NCBI RefSeq assembly: GCF_963921235.1
Contig: NC_086107.1
Location: forward strand, 107,510,001-107,574,000
Reading direction: 5' to 3'
Origin: Mobula hypostoma
Lineage: Eukaryota
DNA: 64,000 nucleotides
The notes below the pieces were generated by a model, which worked only from the letters and a program-made list of their open reading frames with translations, searched no databases and was not told the DNA's origin. The position numbers were made by a program, and so were the translations under genes. Numbering within the stretch: the first letter of the stretch is position 1; each line of letters begins with the position of its first letter. Positions 26,901-39,855 of this stretch are shown here, one piece after another.

Positions 26901-29900
26901 TTTTTTTGAGGTTTATGTTTCGTGCTGTGCACCTTTGTCCGGAGTAACAAAACGTTTCATTTGGCGGTGTACATGTATGTGGTTGAATGACAATAAACTT
27001 GAGTTGAGAAGCAATGTTGATCTTTTGCTTCAGTTAAATCGAACCAACCTGAATCAGTTGTTGACAAAATCATTTGACGTGTAGTGATAAATCTGACTTC
27101 TGTACTCAATTGGGTGTGAGACCTTTGTCTGTTGGGGTCGACCAATGATGTTGCATCCTAGCTGTCTAGATATGCAGACCTGGGCAGTACAATATGGAGA
27201 GCAAACTGCTGCCAACGTAGCAAGCTCCCTCTCTCCATGCATCTGATGAACCCAAAGGAATAGCAGAGCCCGATACAGTTTGGCCCCAGTAGTATTGCAA
27301 GAATGTTTGGTCAGTGTTGAACTCAACATAGGGACTGCCTTAGGGACTCTGGCTCCGGAGTTTTCCCTCTGGGTTTATTACTCCATGAGTGGGTATAGTC
27401 GCAAGGCAGTGCAGAGTTTTCCTACTTTTAGATGAGCTCCCAACCGTGACTCATGAGCCCCATCTGCCTGAAGCGACTAGTTTTGAGGCGTCAGTAACCA
27501 GCCTTTGCCCTTTCTCCTGTCAGTAGAAACAGTTCTGCCAGGCTTAGTAGCTAAACCACACGTGAAGTGCCGGAGCTGGATTTGGTTGTCAGAGGCTATT
27601 TGAGTTGCACGGATTGGGAGCATTTAATAGGGAGCAGGAGCCTTACTGTCCTTGGCTATAAACATCTTAAGAAACCTTGTTGGGTGTGGTGAAATTTGTT
27701 GCCTGAGGGGAATAATTTTCAATTTAAAACTTTCTGAAAGTGTGTGTGCAAGTTAGGAATAGAGTGAGTATAAAAATGGGAGGGAGGAAGAAAGAAAGAA
27801 AGAGTGTACTAAAGGAGGGGGATGAGTTATAATGATCGATGAGCAATTGGAGAAAAAGCAGGTGATGCTAATAGAGGGTGCCTATTTAGAAGCTCCTTTC
27901 TGATGAGTACAGAACCTTTTTTTAGTCAGAAGAAATGTCATCCCCAGCTGTATGTTTCATCTTAGAACTGACTGTGGACAAGGCAACGGTGAACTGAAGA
28001 ATGAAGTCTTTATGACATTGTGCTTTACCAAATCAGTAGCGATTATATATCTGGTAACTTAATATGTTAGTCTAAGCGAATTAAAAAATAATTCCATGAA
28101 AATTTCTGGAAACTTTTAGCTAGATTTTGAGAACAAACTTTCAGTCAATGGATTTAACCTGTCTGAATCAAATTTAGTGCTCTTTACCCAATCCAGAAAT
28201 TTGATATAAATTGGAATCCAGATTGCTAGCTGAATTGTGTGCTGGAGTTTCTGAATTGGGGAATGGTTTACTGGATACTGCATCCACCCAAAGGAAGATG
28301 TCTGGGTATTATTACAGTGCCCTTTGTGGAAGCTTGAAGTATACAATTGGCTGTTAGGTTTTCTGTTAGACAAAATTGAAAAAGTGTACTAATTCTGTAC
28401 AGTGGGTTGAGGTTTGTAAACTCTGGTAGTTGGATTGATACTATAAAATACATACGTTAATGGTACTTGGAAGCATATATTACAGCAATCTTCCAATTTA
28501 ATATTGGGATGGCAGTCCTTGTACATACTGGTAAATGTACTGAGTAATTCTCTGAGCACGTTTCCACGGTTCCCAAAATACAAGAGCATGTTGTTACATG
28601 AAATCCATTATGATAAGTGATTGGTATTTAGAGGTTGTATTGTACAAGTTATGCTTTCTGTAATAAAATATTGTTAATATTATTCATAAACAAAGTACAA
28701 TTTCTGGAAAGAACTGGTTTTAAGAACCTAATCTTGAATTACTCCAGAGAGCCTGATTGTACACTTAAAATTGAAATTGTAAGTTTTTATTTTGTACATT
28801 TTATGCAGTGATTTCATGCACTTTTTTGTTTAGAAATGTTCTTATTGTTTGTTAATTTCAACTTTGAGTAATAATTCCCTTCCTTCATATTGTAAAAATT
28901 TTCCAGTTCAGCTCCACGTTGCCAACCTTTACTTCTGAAACTTCAAAGGTAATAAACAGTGCTAAATATTATTCTCAATTAAGAGAAAAAGAAATGCGCA
29001 TATGGGAGATGATTATATTTTTGATTGAATATCTTTCACTAAGATTTATTGTTAATTTAGTATAGAAAAGATCCCATGTTACATAGAAGAAATAAAAGCA
29101 GGTAGACTTTAAAATAGTTATATGGGAAGTTGCAGATAGTTGTACTAAAATCATTATGGTACCAAGTTAGTTTTGAGGAAAAAGTGAGCTGTGCTGTAAA
29201 AATTAATTCCTGAAAAATAATCCCTATGTTTCTATCTCTCATCTACGTATATTACAAAAGTGCCATTTCTTTGTCATTGCTAGTTACCTTTCCAGATATC
29301 CAACAAATCGTCCTCCATTTTCCGTATATTTAACAGATCATGGGATTAGTTTAACTGTCTAGGTCTCGCTTATTGTTATATTAAGCAATTGTAATTGTGG
29401 GAGTGTGCCTGTTCTGCAAAAACTTACTACTGCTAATAACTTCCACACTTGGAACCTTGTTGAATTATTTTACTTACAGCTTTTATTCAGTTTCCAACAG
29501 AGCCATTTTGACAACTTAATGCAAAAGTTGACCAGATAAAAATATTAATAGAATTAATGAGGAATTGTTGACCAATGTTGTTTCTGTGTATGAGTTCTTG
29601 CACATGCTCTTTGGGTTGTCTTTAAGGTTTTAATTTTATCTTCTGAAAAGGGATTTAAGTATGCCTGAGTTTAAAAAAAATCCATAGTCAAAGCTTTTAA
29701 TTTCAACTTTTCGAGAGTCTGAAAAATGTTCTGTGCACAGAATTAATTTCTGAGTTAGATTAGAATAATCGTAGCCTATGGTTTCAGTTTTCAAATTAAT
29801 CACTGATGGCGTTTTGGAACAGAAAGTGAAAGGAACTGAGCAATAGGGTGTGGCAAAATAAAAATACAACATGAAACTAAAGCTTTAAAATTGTAGCGAA

Positions 29901-32900
29901 AATGCAAATTGGCCTTAATCAAGGTTTCATTTCTGTGTTCAGATTTTGGTCATAATTTACCCTTCCAAGTGATTGGGGCATTAGTAAGAGTATCTTTGCT
30001 GCCTTCTGACTCTTCAACCATATACCCACCCAGACCCCCTACCGCAGCCATGTGTCCTTCCTGGGAGTTTGTCTATTAGATTCCTTCTTCTCCAGCCCTT
30101 GACCTTTCCCACCCATCTGGCTTCACCTGTCACTTTCCAGCTAGCCTCTTTTCCTTCCTCCACCTTTTTATTCTGGCATCTTGCCCCTTCTGAGTCCTGA
30201 AGAAGGGTCTCAACCCATAACGTCAATCATCTATTCATGCTGCTTGACCTGTTGAATTCCTCCAGCATTTTGAGTGCGTGTTGCAATAGTAAGAGTACTT
30301 GTTTCTATATTGTTTGAACCTTTGTAATGTTGCTGAAAGCCAGCATGATCTTAGGATTGTTCCAGTATGGATTGAACTTGTAACCTTGCTTCAACTGCAG
30401 TGTAATAAATCTTTAATACAATTTGAATTCTCTCACCAGCTATATTTATATGTCCCAAAGGACACTTTGCTCCCCAGATGCTGCAGTGCATTGCTGCTCC
30501 CATCTTTAATCTCCTTTTCTACAATCTCTGGAATTTCTAAAACTTCATTTCTCTCTTCGCCAGCTTCTACCTCTGTCTGAGAATTAAAGAACTGTAAAAG
30601 TGGACCTGACTGGTAAACCTATTCTAGTGCAGTTATCTGCAGCTAACAGCAGAAAACAAAAGTTTGATATCTATATGATCTGATTGATTTTCGCCACAGT
30701 AGAACAGTCCTTTTACAGCTCATGGTGTTGGAGCTCGGAGTTCAATTCCAGTGTCCTTTGTAAGGAGTCTGTATGGCCTCCCTGTTAATGTGTGGGTTTT
30801 TCTGGGTGCTCTCTTTTTCTCCCACAGTCCAAAGATGTACCGGTTAGTACTGCAAACTCATTGTCTTGCGTAATGACAATAAAGTTCGATTCTAGTAGGT
30901 TAACTAAAATTTTCTATGATTGGGCTGGGGTTAAATCAGTAGGTTGCTGGCAACACGGCTTGAAGGGCTAGAAGGGCCCATTCCACGTTGTATCTCTAAA
31001 TAAATAAGTAAGTCTCCCTGTAACTCTCTTAAATTTATAGACATATCAACCTCTTACCTCCTTTTTGGGCGAGTCCTTTGAGTGTCCTACTCAGTGTGGA
31101 TATTTCTATTTGTTCTGTTCATTCACATGCTGTCTCCTAAACTTCAGTGTGCTTTGTTGAGGTCAGTCAGGTTATGCTATACTGATACCTTTGATGACCT
31201 TGAATTATTTCTATTGGATCCCCTGTCATTCTGTAGAATAAATAGATAAATTAATAGAATACAACAAAATTGCAGTGTGATCACCATTCCTTAAGATTGG
31301 ACAAATATAATATTTGCATATAAAAGTACCTATGTAGATAATGTTGATCTTTTGAAGGTCTAATTTGTGCCATTGGATTGTCGGCACATGGTGCATCATT
31401 TCAGGCTAAGAGTTCTGTTGTACTTTTTGTTAAGTTAGAAATGTTTTTAACGAAACTATTTAACTTTAGTGCTTTGCATATGCATTTAAGAGCTCAAAAT
31501 TAGTAGCAGATTCAATGGGTTGAATGGCCTAATTCTGCTCCTACCTTATGGTCTAAAAGTGGAATCTCAACCTGAGAATTACTCTTTTCTGCTGGAAGCT
31601 ACAAATTAGTTCTATAGCAGCCTACTTCAGAATTACAGTTTCAAATGCCCTCTACATAAACCATCTGAGTTTATAAGGCCATTGCCTTTTTGCCTCATCT
31701 TGTTAAGCTCAATGTTTTGGTTTTCTACCCATGCTTTTTTTTAACATTGATCAATGTTTTGGTAGCTAATCAAGAAGAAAACTTACAAGCTGAGGAAGTC
31801 ACTGATATACAATTTAAATTGTAACAGTAATTCTCCAATGCAGTGTGTCTAGGGGCAATATCTGATGCAGAAAGTTGATGGTAAGCAAAGTATACTGGTT
31901 TCAAATTGTTTATTAAATGTGAAACTGTTAAGCTAGTTTCAACTTGGTGTTAATATTCCAATAGAATTTATCAACTTTAACTGTTATAATTTAATAATGA
32001 TCTGCTTAGTAGTGTAATCTGTTGCAACTTCTCTGAGCAGCTGAAATTATGTGGGTATCAAACTGAAACTAAAACTTAAAAAATGTTTCCTTTTTAAATA
32101 TAATTTTCCACCCCTGATCCCTCATCCCACTTCACCTATTGTCAGTGATATTTTTTCCCCCTGTAATTCCATTGTAACATTGTAAAATTTCTGGTACATT
32201 GAGAACTTTTGCTTTCAGAATTTCAATAATGACCTCTATGTATGTGTGTTTAGAATCTGTCCTTTGGTGTTGGCCCTGTCATTGTTTGAAGCTCTGCGGC
32301 AGATAAGGTCGATTCAGCTTAATCGGGGCAGCCACTTATTTGGGACAACTTTTAACAAAAACTAATCAAGAAAATTACTTTGATTTCCTTTGTTTATTTA
32401 GGACACCATGCTGCTTAATTGGGGCAAGAGACTTGCTGAACAGATTCTAACTAGCATCAGTCGCATGAACTTGTGTGGCCGTTAGACGCTACGGTGTACT
32501 TACAGCAAGCATTTTTTAGTAGCGTTGTTGTGTATGTTTCTGTTCTAAAGGCATTTATTTTTGTCACTGATAGTTGGTGAGAAATAAGCAGTAAGACAAT
32601 TCAGAACTGCGTTGCTCACTAGTTTCAAGCATTCAGGTTTGCAGATGCTAGAAACACCCACGAGTGAAAATGAAACTATTTCACTACTTCAGCAAGGTGG
32701 GAACTACAAAGAATTTGAAGGTATTGACAATCATCTTGAATGTTTTAATGAAAATGAAGGGTTAGATGATGCCTGCACTGATTTTGTTCATTGCGTACAC
32801 TGGATGAATTCCTCCATCGATAACTATTATGGAACTAATACAGTTTTATAGTACTGTAGTACTATTGCTAGTGTTCTAATTTCTTCTGTATTTCATTTAA

Positions 32901-33012
32901 ATACATAATTTGTTACTCAGTTTGTCTTTTTTTTGGTACCTTTTAAATTATTTCCATGGAACTTGGACTAATTGGGGCAGCCGCTTAATTGGGCCAATAT
33001 GTTCTGGTCCTG

Positions 33013-33556
33013 TGGATTACGGGAGGAATGGAGACAGGCTTGCCCCGATCAACATCAGTGGGACTGCAGTTGTGAGGGTAGGTAGTTTCAAGTTTCTCAG
33101 TATGCACATCACCAAAGATCTCACCTGGACTGTACACACCAGCTGTGTGGCAAAGAAAGCACAGCAGTGTCTCTTCCACCTCAGGTGGCTGAAGACGTTC
33201 AGCGTGAGCCCAAAATCCTCAAGACCTTCTACACGGGCACCATTGAGAACATCCTGAATGACTGTTTCACCATCTGGTATGGGAACTGTGCCAACCTTGA
33301 TTGCTCGCTGGGCACTGCAGAGAATGGTACAGCAGCCCAGTGCATCTGTGGATGTGAACCGCTCCATTGAGGACATTTGTAGCAGCAGGTGTGTAAAGAA
33401 GGCCTGGAAGATCATTGGGGACACCAGTCACCCCAACCATAAACTGTTTCAGGTGCTTCCATCTGGCAAATGGTACTGCAGCATTAAAGCCAGGAACAAC
33501 AGGCTACGGGACAGCTTCTTTCTACAAGCCATTAGACTTATAAATTCACATGTCTG
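33013..33556 (+). mobile_element. Rex1/Babar LINE 3' fragment
   Basis: FKFLSMHITKDLTWT..KKAQQCLFHLR and HPNHKLFQVLPSGK..RLRDSFF. Its tail resumes after 34149. Confidence 0.8.
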
Positions 33557-33558
33557 TA

Positions 33559-34147
33559 CGAGGGATGATTGATAAGTTCATGGCCTACGGTAGAAGGAGT
33601 CAATTTTAGAAAACCTAGCACATTTATTTTTCAACATCGTCCCCTCCTACATTTACACATTTAGTCCAGTGGTCGTGGAGCATACGGACCTCCAGAAAGT
33701 GTCCACATCAGGGGTGATTGATAAGTTTGTGGCCTAAGGTGGAAGGAGATGAGTTATACAACTCTCGTTGCATGCACATGCAGTTCAACTCTGAGTGATT
33801 ATGCAGAAAGTTTGAAGTTAATAATGCATCGGGGTGATAGATAATTTCGTGGCCTAAGGTAGAAGGAGATGAGTTCAAACTTCAGACTTTCTGCATAATC
33901 ACTCAAAAAGTTGACCCGCATGTGCATGTAATGGGAGCTGTATAGTTCATCTCCTTCTGCCTTAGGCCACAAACTTATCAATCACCCCTGCTGTGGACAC
34001 TTTCTGGAGGTCCAAGATCCGTATGCTCCACGACCGCTGGATTAAGTGTGTAAATGTAAGAGGGGACTATGTTGAAAAATAAATGTGCTAGGTTTTCTAA
34101 AATTAACTCCTTCTACCTTAGGCCACAAACTTATCAATCACCCCTCA
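33559..34147. mobile_element. Palindromic mariner-type MITE with internally repeated TIR motif
   Basis: TA-flanked. CGAGGGATGATTGATAAG... mirrors ...CTTATCAATCACCCCTCA, and arms of ~255 bp are reverse complements. The motif GGGGTGATTGATAAGTTTGTGGCCTAAGGTAGAAGGAG recurs at ~33560, 33711 and 33831, and inverted at ~33950 and 34107. Confidence 0.85.
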
Positions 34148-36989
34148 TATATCATAATGGAGTCTTAATGCAAAGATTTTTACTCCCTCACATTGTGGGA
34201 TGGATATCAGCTTTAAATAAATTCATTTCAATGTGTCCCAATTAACTAGTCCATTGTATTTTGGTTTTTTTTGGCATTCATTGGAACAATTATTATTATT
34301 GAAGTGGTTGTATTTTGGATTCCAATAATTCCTGGAAAAGAGAGACCTTGCATTTATATAGAGTTTCCTCTACTTTGGTATTATAATACTAGAGTAGTAT
34401 TGCAGCCAATCAGATACTTTTTGAAATTCTAGTCATAATTTCACGTAGGAACTGGGAGAGCCGTTTAACAGATGTTAAGGCCCTGTCTCAGTGTTTCAAC
34501 CTGAAACATTAACAGTTCCTTTCCTCCCATAGAATCTTCTCAACCCACTGAGTTCTTCCAGCAGGTTGTTTGTTGCAGCCAGTTGAGTCTTTCAGAAGCA
34601 GTTCTACAAACAACAGCGTGATAATGACTGGAAAATTCTGTTTAATTATGTTGTTTGAATGATACTTGCTTCACTTACTGTAATTCAGAATAGTGCTATA
34701 GAATCTTCAATGCTGGTTGGAGAAAGCAGAAGATATCTTTGTACACCAGTTCATTTCAGTGCTACACTGGCATGTCAGATCTCTGGAGTGAGAGTTAAAC
34801 CCACAAATTGTGAACAAAGTTTAAGAACTTGTTGGTTTTGGCCAACAGTACAGAATTCTGTTATGAATCCCAAGGTGTGCATATATCCACATTTTATTCA
34901 TGATAAACATAACAATATGCTTCTCATGAATACTTCTATGGCAGATTAACCTAAAATCTGCCTCTGTTTTGAGATGAATATGGATGCACTTTGTGTTCAT
35001 TTTCTGTGCCGATATTTCTAGGACCTGATTGTTGTCTGATGATGTTGTGCTTTGTTCAGAATTTAGTGTTATCCATTGTTTTGTTTATGTTGAAGATCCA
35101 GACTCAATTAATGTTCTACTCAAAGGTCACACATATGATGCGCCATGTTGTTTTGCAGTGAATGTGCAGCTTTGTTAGTGAGTTCTGGATTGTAGTCACA
35201 CCACTGAAGGCATGTACCAAATTGAAGTTGGCATACTTGTAAAGGAAGGGCAAAACTATGTTTGACAGCCTATTCTGCTTAATTTAGTTTTAATATTTCA
35301 CACTGCATTGTGAATTTTTAATTAATGTTTCCTTCATTTAGTCTTTCTTCATCATTGGGCTAAAATGACGCACAATGTATTTCCATATCAGGATAGTGTG
35401 CAGCATGAGGAGAACCTAAAGATGGTGGTGCTACTTTTGTTTTTCTTGGTGGTCGAGGTCATGGATTTGGGAAGCACTGTCTGAGTAGTCTGGGTGAGTA
35501 ACTATAATGCATTTTGTAAATGTTCACCTCAGCTACTTACTGCCAGAGGTGAATGGTATGAATGTTTATGCTGGTTAATGAGATGCGAGTCAGGTGGACT
35601 CCTTGGTTCTGGATGGTGTTGAGCTTCTTAGGTGTTGTTGGAGCAGCATTCATCTGAACAATTATTTCATTGAACTCCTAATTTGTACCTCACGTGGAAG
35701 ATCTTTGTTTGTCGGAAGGGAAACACTTTCCACAAGAGCCTCTGATCTGCTCTGTAACTGTATTTAAGTGGTGGTCCAGGTAAGTTTCTGGTCAACGGTG
35801 ACCTTTGGGTTGTCAGTGATGGGGGAACTCAGCAATGGTAGTGCTATTGAAAATCGAGGGTAGATAGCAATACTCTCTTGTTGGAGATAGCCGCTACTTG
35901 ATGTTTTTGTGACACGTGTATTTTCTGCCATTTATCACGCCTGGATGAAGTGCACCACAGAAAGAGCAGTTGTTTCAGCTGGAGTATCAATTTATAGCCA
36001 TTTGGGCTTTTAAAAGAGATTGGAATATGTTAAGCCACCATGAAGTGCAGAGGTACCAGGTGTCAAGGAACTGGGGCCATGAATGATGTGTGATTTGTAT
36101 TGAATCTCTCTTTATCTGGTTTGTGAGATAATGGCTTTTCTAGGTGTGTTTGCCCTTGTAAAGGTGATGGGAACTATTGCAGGCCATAAGGTGAAGATAC
36201 TCCCACTATTTTCCTAGATGGGGCTTCCAGGATTTGAGGCCCGTTAAAAGAATATTAATACTTTGAAATAAGAATGGTGTGTGACTTGGAAAGGAACCTA
36301 CAAGCAGCCGTGTTATTTTTAATATATGGTTATGGAAGGTGGTTTTAACAAGTAGAATAATTATCCTTTATTAATTTAAGTGGCTATACAGTTTGATTAT
36401 CAAACAAAATTTGACACTGAGCTGAAAAGAAGGGAAACAAGTTCAATTAACCAAATACTTGTAATTGGGGTAATTTTTAAGTCGAATTGTAAACGAGGAA
36501 AGGTAGACTGGGAGAAAATTCCAGAGTTGAGGACCTAGCAATTGAAGTTATGATTACTATTGGTGGAATGATTGAATTTGTAAATGCTTAAGGGCTGTAG
36601 TCATGAAAGCTCTTGGATAGTGAAAATTGAAGAGATGACAAATAACATTCAGGTAGCTAAGAATTCAGAAAACAAGAATAATTTTTAAAAATTCTTAATT
36701 AGATTATTTAGCAAAGTTCAGTTATGGATGAATGGGAATAGTGAAAGTTAAGATGGAGGCAGTGGAAGTTTGGATGGCTTTGTGTTATGGAGGTAGAAAC
36801 TGGGAGACAGGTCAGGTGTGTGTCGGATGAATTAAGAGGAAATGAAGGTATGCATTGTATATCTGAAACAACTGTGCTGCTCTATTAATTACCTGTTGCT
36901 GGTTTGACCCAGGGATTGCACTTAACGCACAATATGTTAGTGGAAGGTACTTCTATTTTTATTCCATATATATAATATCTAAATTAAAT

Positions 36990-37650
36990 AAGTAGTGCAA
37001 AAATAGAAATAAAAAAAAGTAGCGAGGTAGTGTTCACGGGTTCAGTGTCCATTCAGAAATAGGATGGCAGAGGAGAAAAAGTTGTTCTTGAATCATTGAG
37101 TGTGTGTCTTCAGGCTCCTGTACCTCCTTCCTGATGGTAACAGTAAGAAGATGGAATGTCCTGGGTGATGGTGGTCCTTAATGATGCCACCTTTTTTTGA
37201 GGCATCGCTCCTTGAAGATGACCCGGATGCTACGGAGGCAAGTGCCCATGATGGAGCTGACTGAGCTCGCAATTTTCTGCAGCTTCTTTTGATCCTATGC
37301 AGTAGCCCCTCTCCCCTCTACCAGATGGTGTTGCAGCCAGTTAGAATGCTCTCTGTGGTACATCTGTAGAAATTTGTGAGTGTCTTTGGTGACACACCAA
37401 TTCTCTTCAACCTCCTTATGAAATATAGCCGCTGTCATGCCTCCATCGTAACTGAGTTGATATGTTGGGTTCAGGATTGATCCTCAGAGATGTTAACACC
37501 CAGAAACTTGAAATTGTTCACCCTTTCTACTTCTGATGCCTCTATGAGGACTGGTGTGTGTTCCCCTGTCTCATCCTTTCTGAAGCCCACAATCAGTTCT
37601 TTGGTCTCACTGATATTGAGTGCAAGGTCATTGCTGCAACACCACTCAAC
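36990..37650 (-). mobile_element. Rex1/Babar LINE 3' fragment
   Basis: ORF 37471-37716 has LALNISETKELIVGFRK..VERVNNFKFLGVNISED. A similar minus fragment lies at ~60790-61310. Confidence 0.8.
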
Positions 37651-39522
37651 TTGCTCCTGTATCCAGTTAAAACTTCCAGCACATTGGAAAGTGATGCGTA
37701 TATTATGCTTAATCATTAAAAATAATCAAGTTGAGGATCTAGTCTGAATGTTTTAAGACCTGTGAAGGAAGATGAGGAAAAACAACACTGATGCAGAAAG
37801 TCTATATGAATTTTTAAATCAATTATAAGTACTAGGTATTTATATAATTTATTTCACTATTTTGTTATTATAGATAATGTTAGTGTTGTTATGTGTGATC
37901 CCACACACAGCGGTATGACCAGAATATTTGGAGTAATGTTAATTGAATTAAGTATCAGCAGCACACAGGATATATCCCCTAGTCTTCAAAATAATGCCGC
38001 GGAATCTTTTGCCTTTATTTGAGGAGGATTATTATAAAATTTGAAAGGTTGTACCTTGGACAGCCCAATGCTCTGGTAGTGGTGCTCAGAGTGTCGGCCT
38101 AGATTTTGTGCTCTAGCCTCTTAAAGTTTAGAGTTCAAATCCTATTTATGGCTTGTGGATGAAAATAAACTGAAGGGTGTTTTGAAGGTGTTCAGATGAG
38201 TTTGAGGTAAAGAATTGTACCTTTAAGGGAATAATAATCCAGTCATCTATTTTTGTTGCATTTTCTCCCATATTTCATTAGTTCCCTTTTATACAGAGCT
38301 GCTTAGAGTTTGTGTGGGCACTAACCCAATTACTTAATGTTGTGACTGTAATAGCAGGTTCATATGCAAAATCCTCTCCTGTAAACAACATTCCAGTGAT
38401 ATTGTTGGAGTAATGAACTTCACTACCAGATCTCCAAGAGTCTGCTTTATATAAACACAAGGGATTCTGCAGATGCTGGAAATCCAGAGCAACAGGCGTT
38501 TTGATTGTGTGTTTTTATATGTTGTTGAAGTCTGTTTGTCACCCTTTTGACTTCCCTTTGTGTTTAGGTAGATAAACAATTTCAGATAAGTGTAATTCTG
38601 ATCCCAGGGTGCAATGTTTTGTCTGCAGCTGATGTGTTATTGACATCCCTTTTTAACTATAATTTATCAGATTTTCACACTTTCCCTTTTAATGTTCTTT
38701 CCTTTTTTTTGAGAAGGGGTTGACTTTTTGAGTGCCTACTTCACATGCAGGTTGTTTTTGATCCTCCACCCAAGTGGCAATTTCTGTGAGAAGCATTCAT
38801 TTTTATAAATAATCTTTCATGACTGCAGGGCATTGCAAACTATTTCATAGACAATTAAGTACTTTTGAAGTGTGGTCTTTGATGATAATGAGCAGATGCT
38901 GATGACAGTGGTTGAGGAATAAATATTTGGCAAGTGCACTGGGGAACTTCACATGGCCGCTTTTGATTTGTATTAGATGATCTTCCATGTCCTTGTGAAA
39001 GGGAAGGCGGCATCTTAGTTTTTCCTCATGAAGGACAGCAACTCTGAAAACAGTGCTGTCCAGGTACTGCATGGAATGTGTGTTACCAGCAACAAGACTA
39101 ATCATGGGAGATTCCGTCAATGCTTTGGCCATTCCACAACCACTGTTATTGTTGTGGCTGAAAAAACAGCTGTGCTTGAACCAGTGTACATTCTTAAGTG
39201 GAAATACCGGCCATATTTCTCTGTCTGTGTGTCTCTGTCTGATATCTAACATTTAATCGCAGTCTTCCACTCCCAAGATTTCTTCTTGAAAGAACATAAC
39301 CGTAGGCAGGAGTGGATAGAAATGGAAAGGGAAACTTGTTCAATCACTGCATTTACTTACGGAACATGTTTCAGTTTTACAGTGTACATTTTAAACAAAG
39401 ATACCTCAGGGAATTGGTGTAGTTCCAGAATTTATATTGAAACTGGGTTATGTGATACAAATAACATACATCAAAGTTGCTGGTGAACGCAGCAGGCCAG
39501 GCAGCATCTATAGGAAGAGGCG

Positions 39523-39560
39523 CAGTCGACGTTTCAGGCCGAGACCCTTCGTCAGGACTA
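39523..39560 (-). ncRNA. Minimal type-I hammerhead ribozyme motif (intact core)
   Basis: Reverse complement reads TAGTC-CTGACGA-AGG-GTCTCGG-CCT-GAAAC-GTC-GACTG. Confidence 0.8.
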
Positions 39561-39855
39561 ACTGAAGGAAGAGTGAGTAAGGGATTTGAAAGCTGGAGGG
39601 GGAGGGGGAGATGCAAAATGATAGGAGAAGACAGGAGGGGGAGGGATGGAGCCGAGAGCTGGACAGGTGATAGGCAGAAGGGGATACGAGAGGATCATGG
39701 GACAGGAGGTCCGGGAAGAAAGACGGGGGGGGGGGAGTGACCCAGAGGATGGGCAAGAGGTATATTCAGAGGGACAGAGGGAGAAAAAGGAGAGTGAGAG
39801 AAAGAATGTGTGCATAAAAAAGAGTAACAGATGGGGTACGAGGGGGAGGTGGGGC

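Larger units (their letters stand above)
32305..34256. mobile_element. Second pogo/Tigger-like MITE copy (reverse orientation), split by a Rex1 fragment and a mariner-like MITE
   Basis: 32310-33010 is the reverse complement of 6660-7570. The terminal piece GTGTCCCAATTAACTAGTCCATTG-TA is displaced to ~34233-34258. Confidence 0.7.

Noticed and set aside
27060..27680. GC-richer block that may be an RTE-related repeat end or novel ncRNA
   Set aside because: No second copy in the window and no diagnostic motif that I can support without a search.
33559..34147. Regularly recurring ~38-bp motif as a CRISPR-like array
   Set aside because: Eukaryotic context, mixed orientations, mirrored spacers, TA-flanked TIR structure and no cas genes; it is a MITE.
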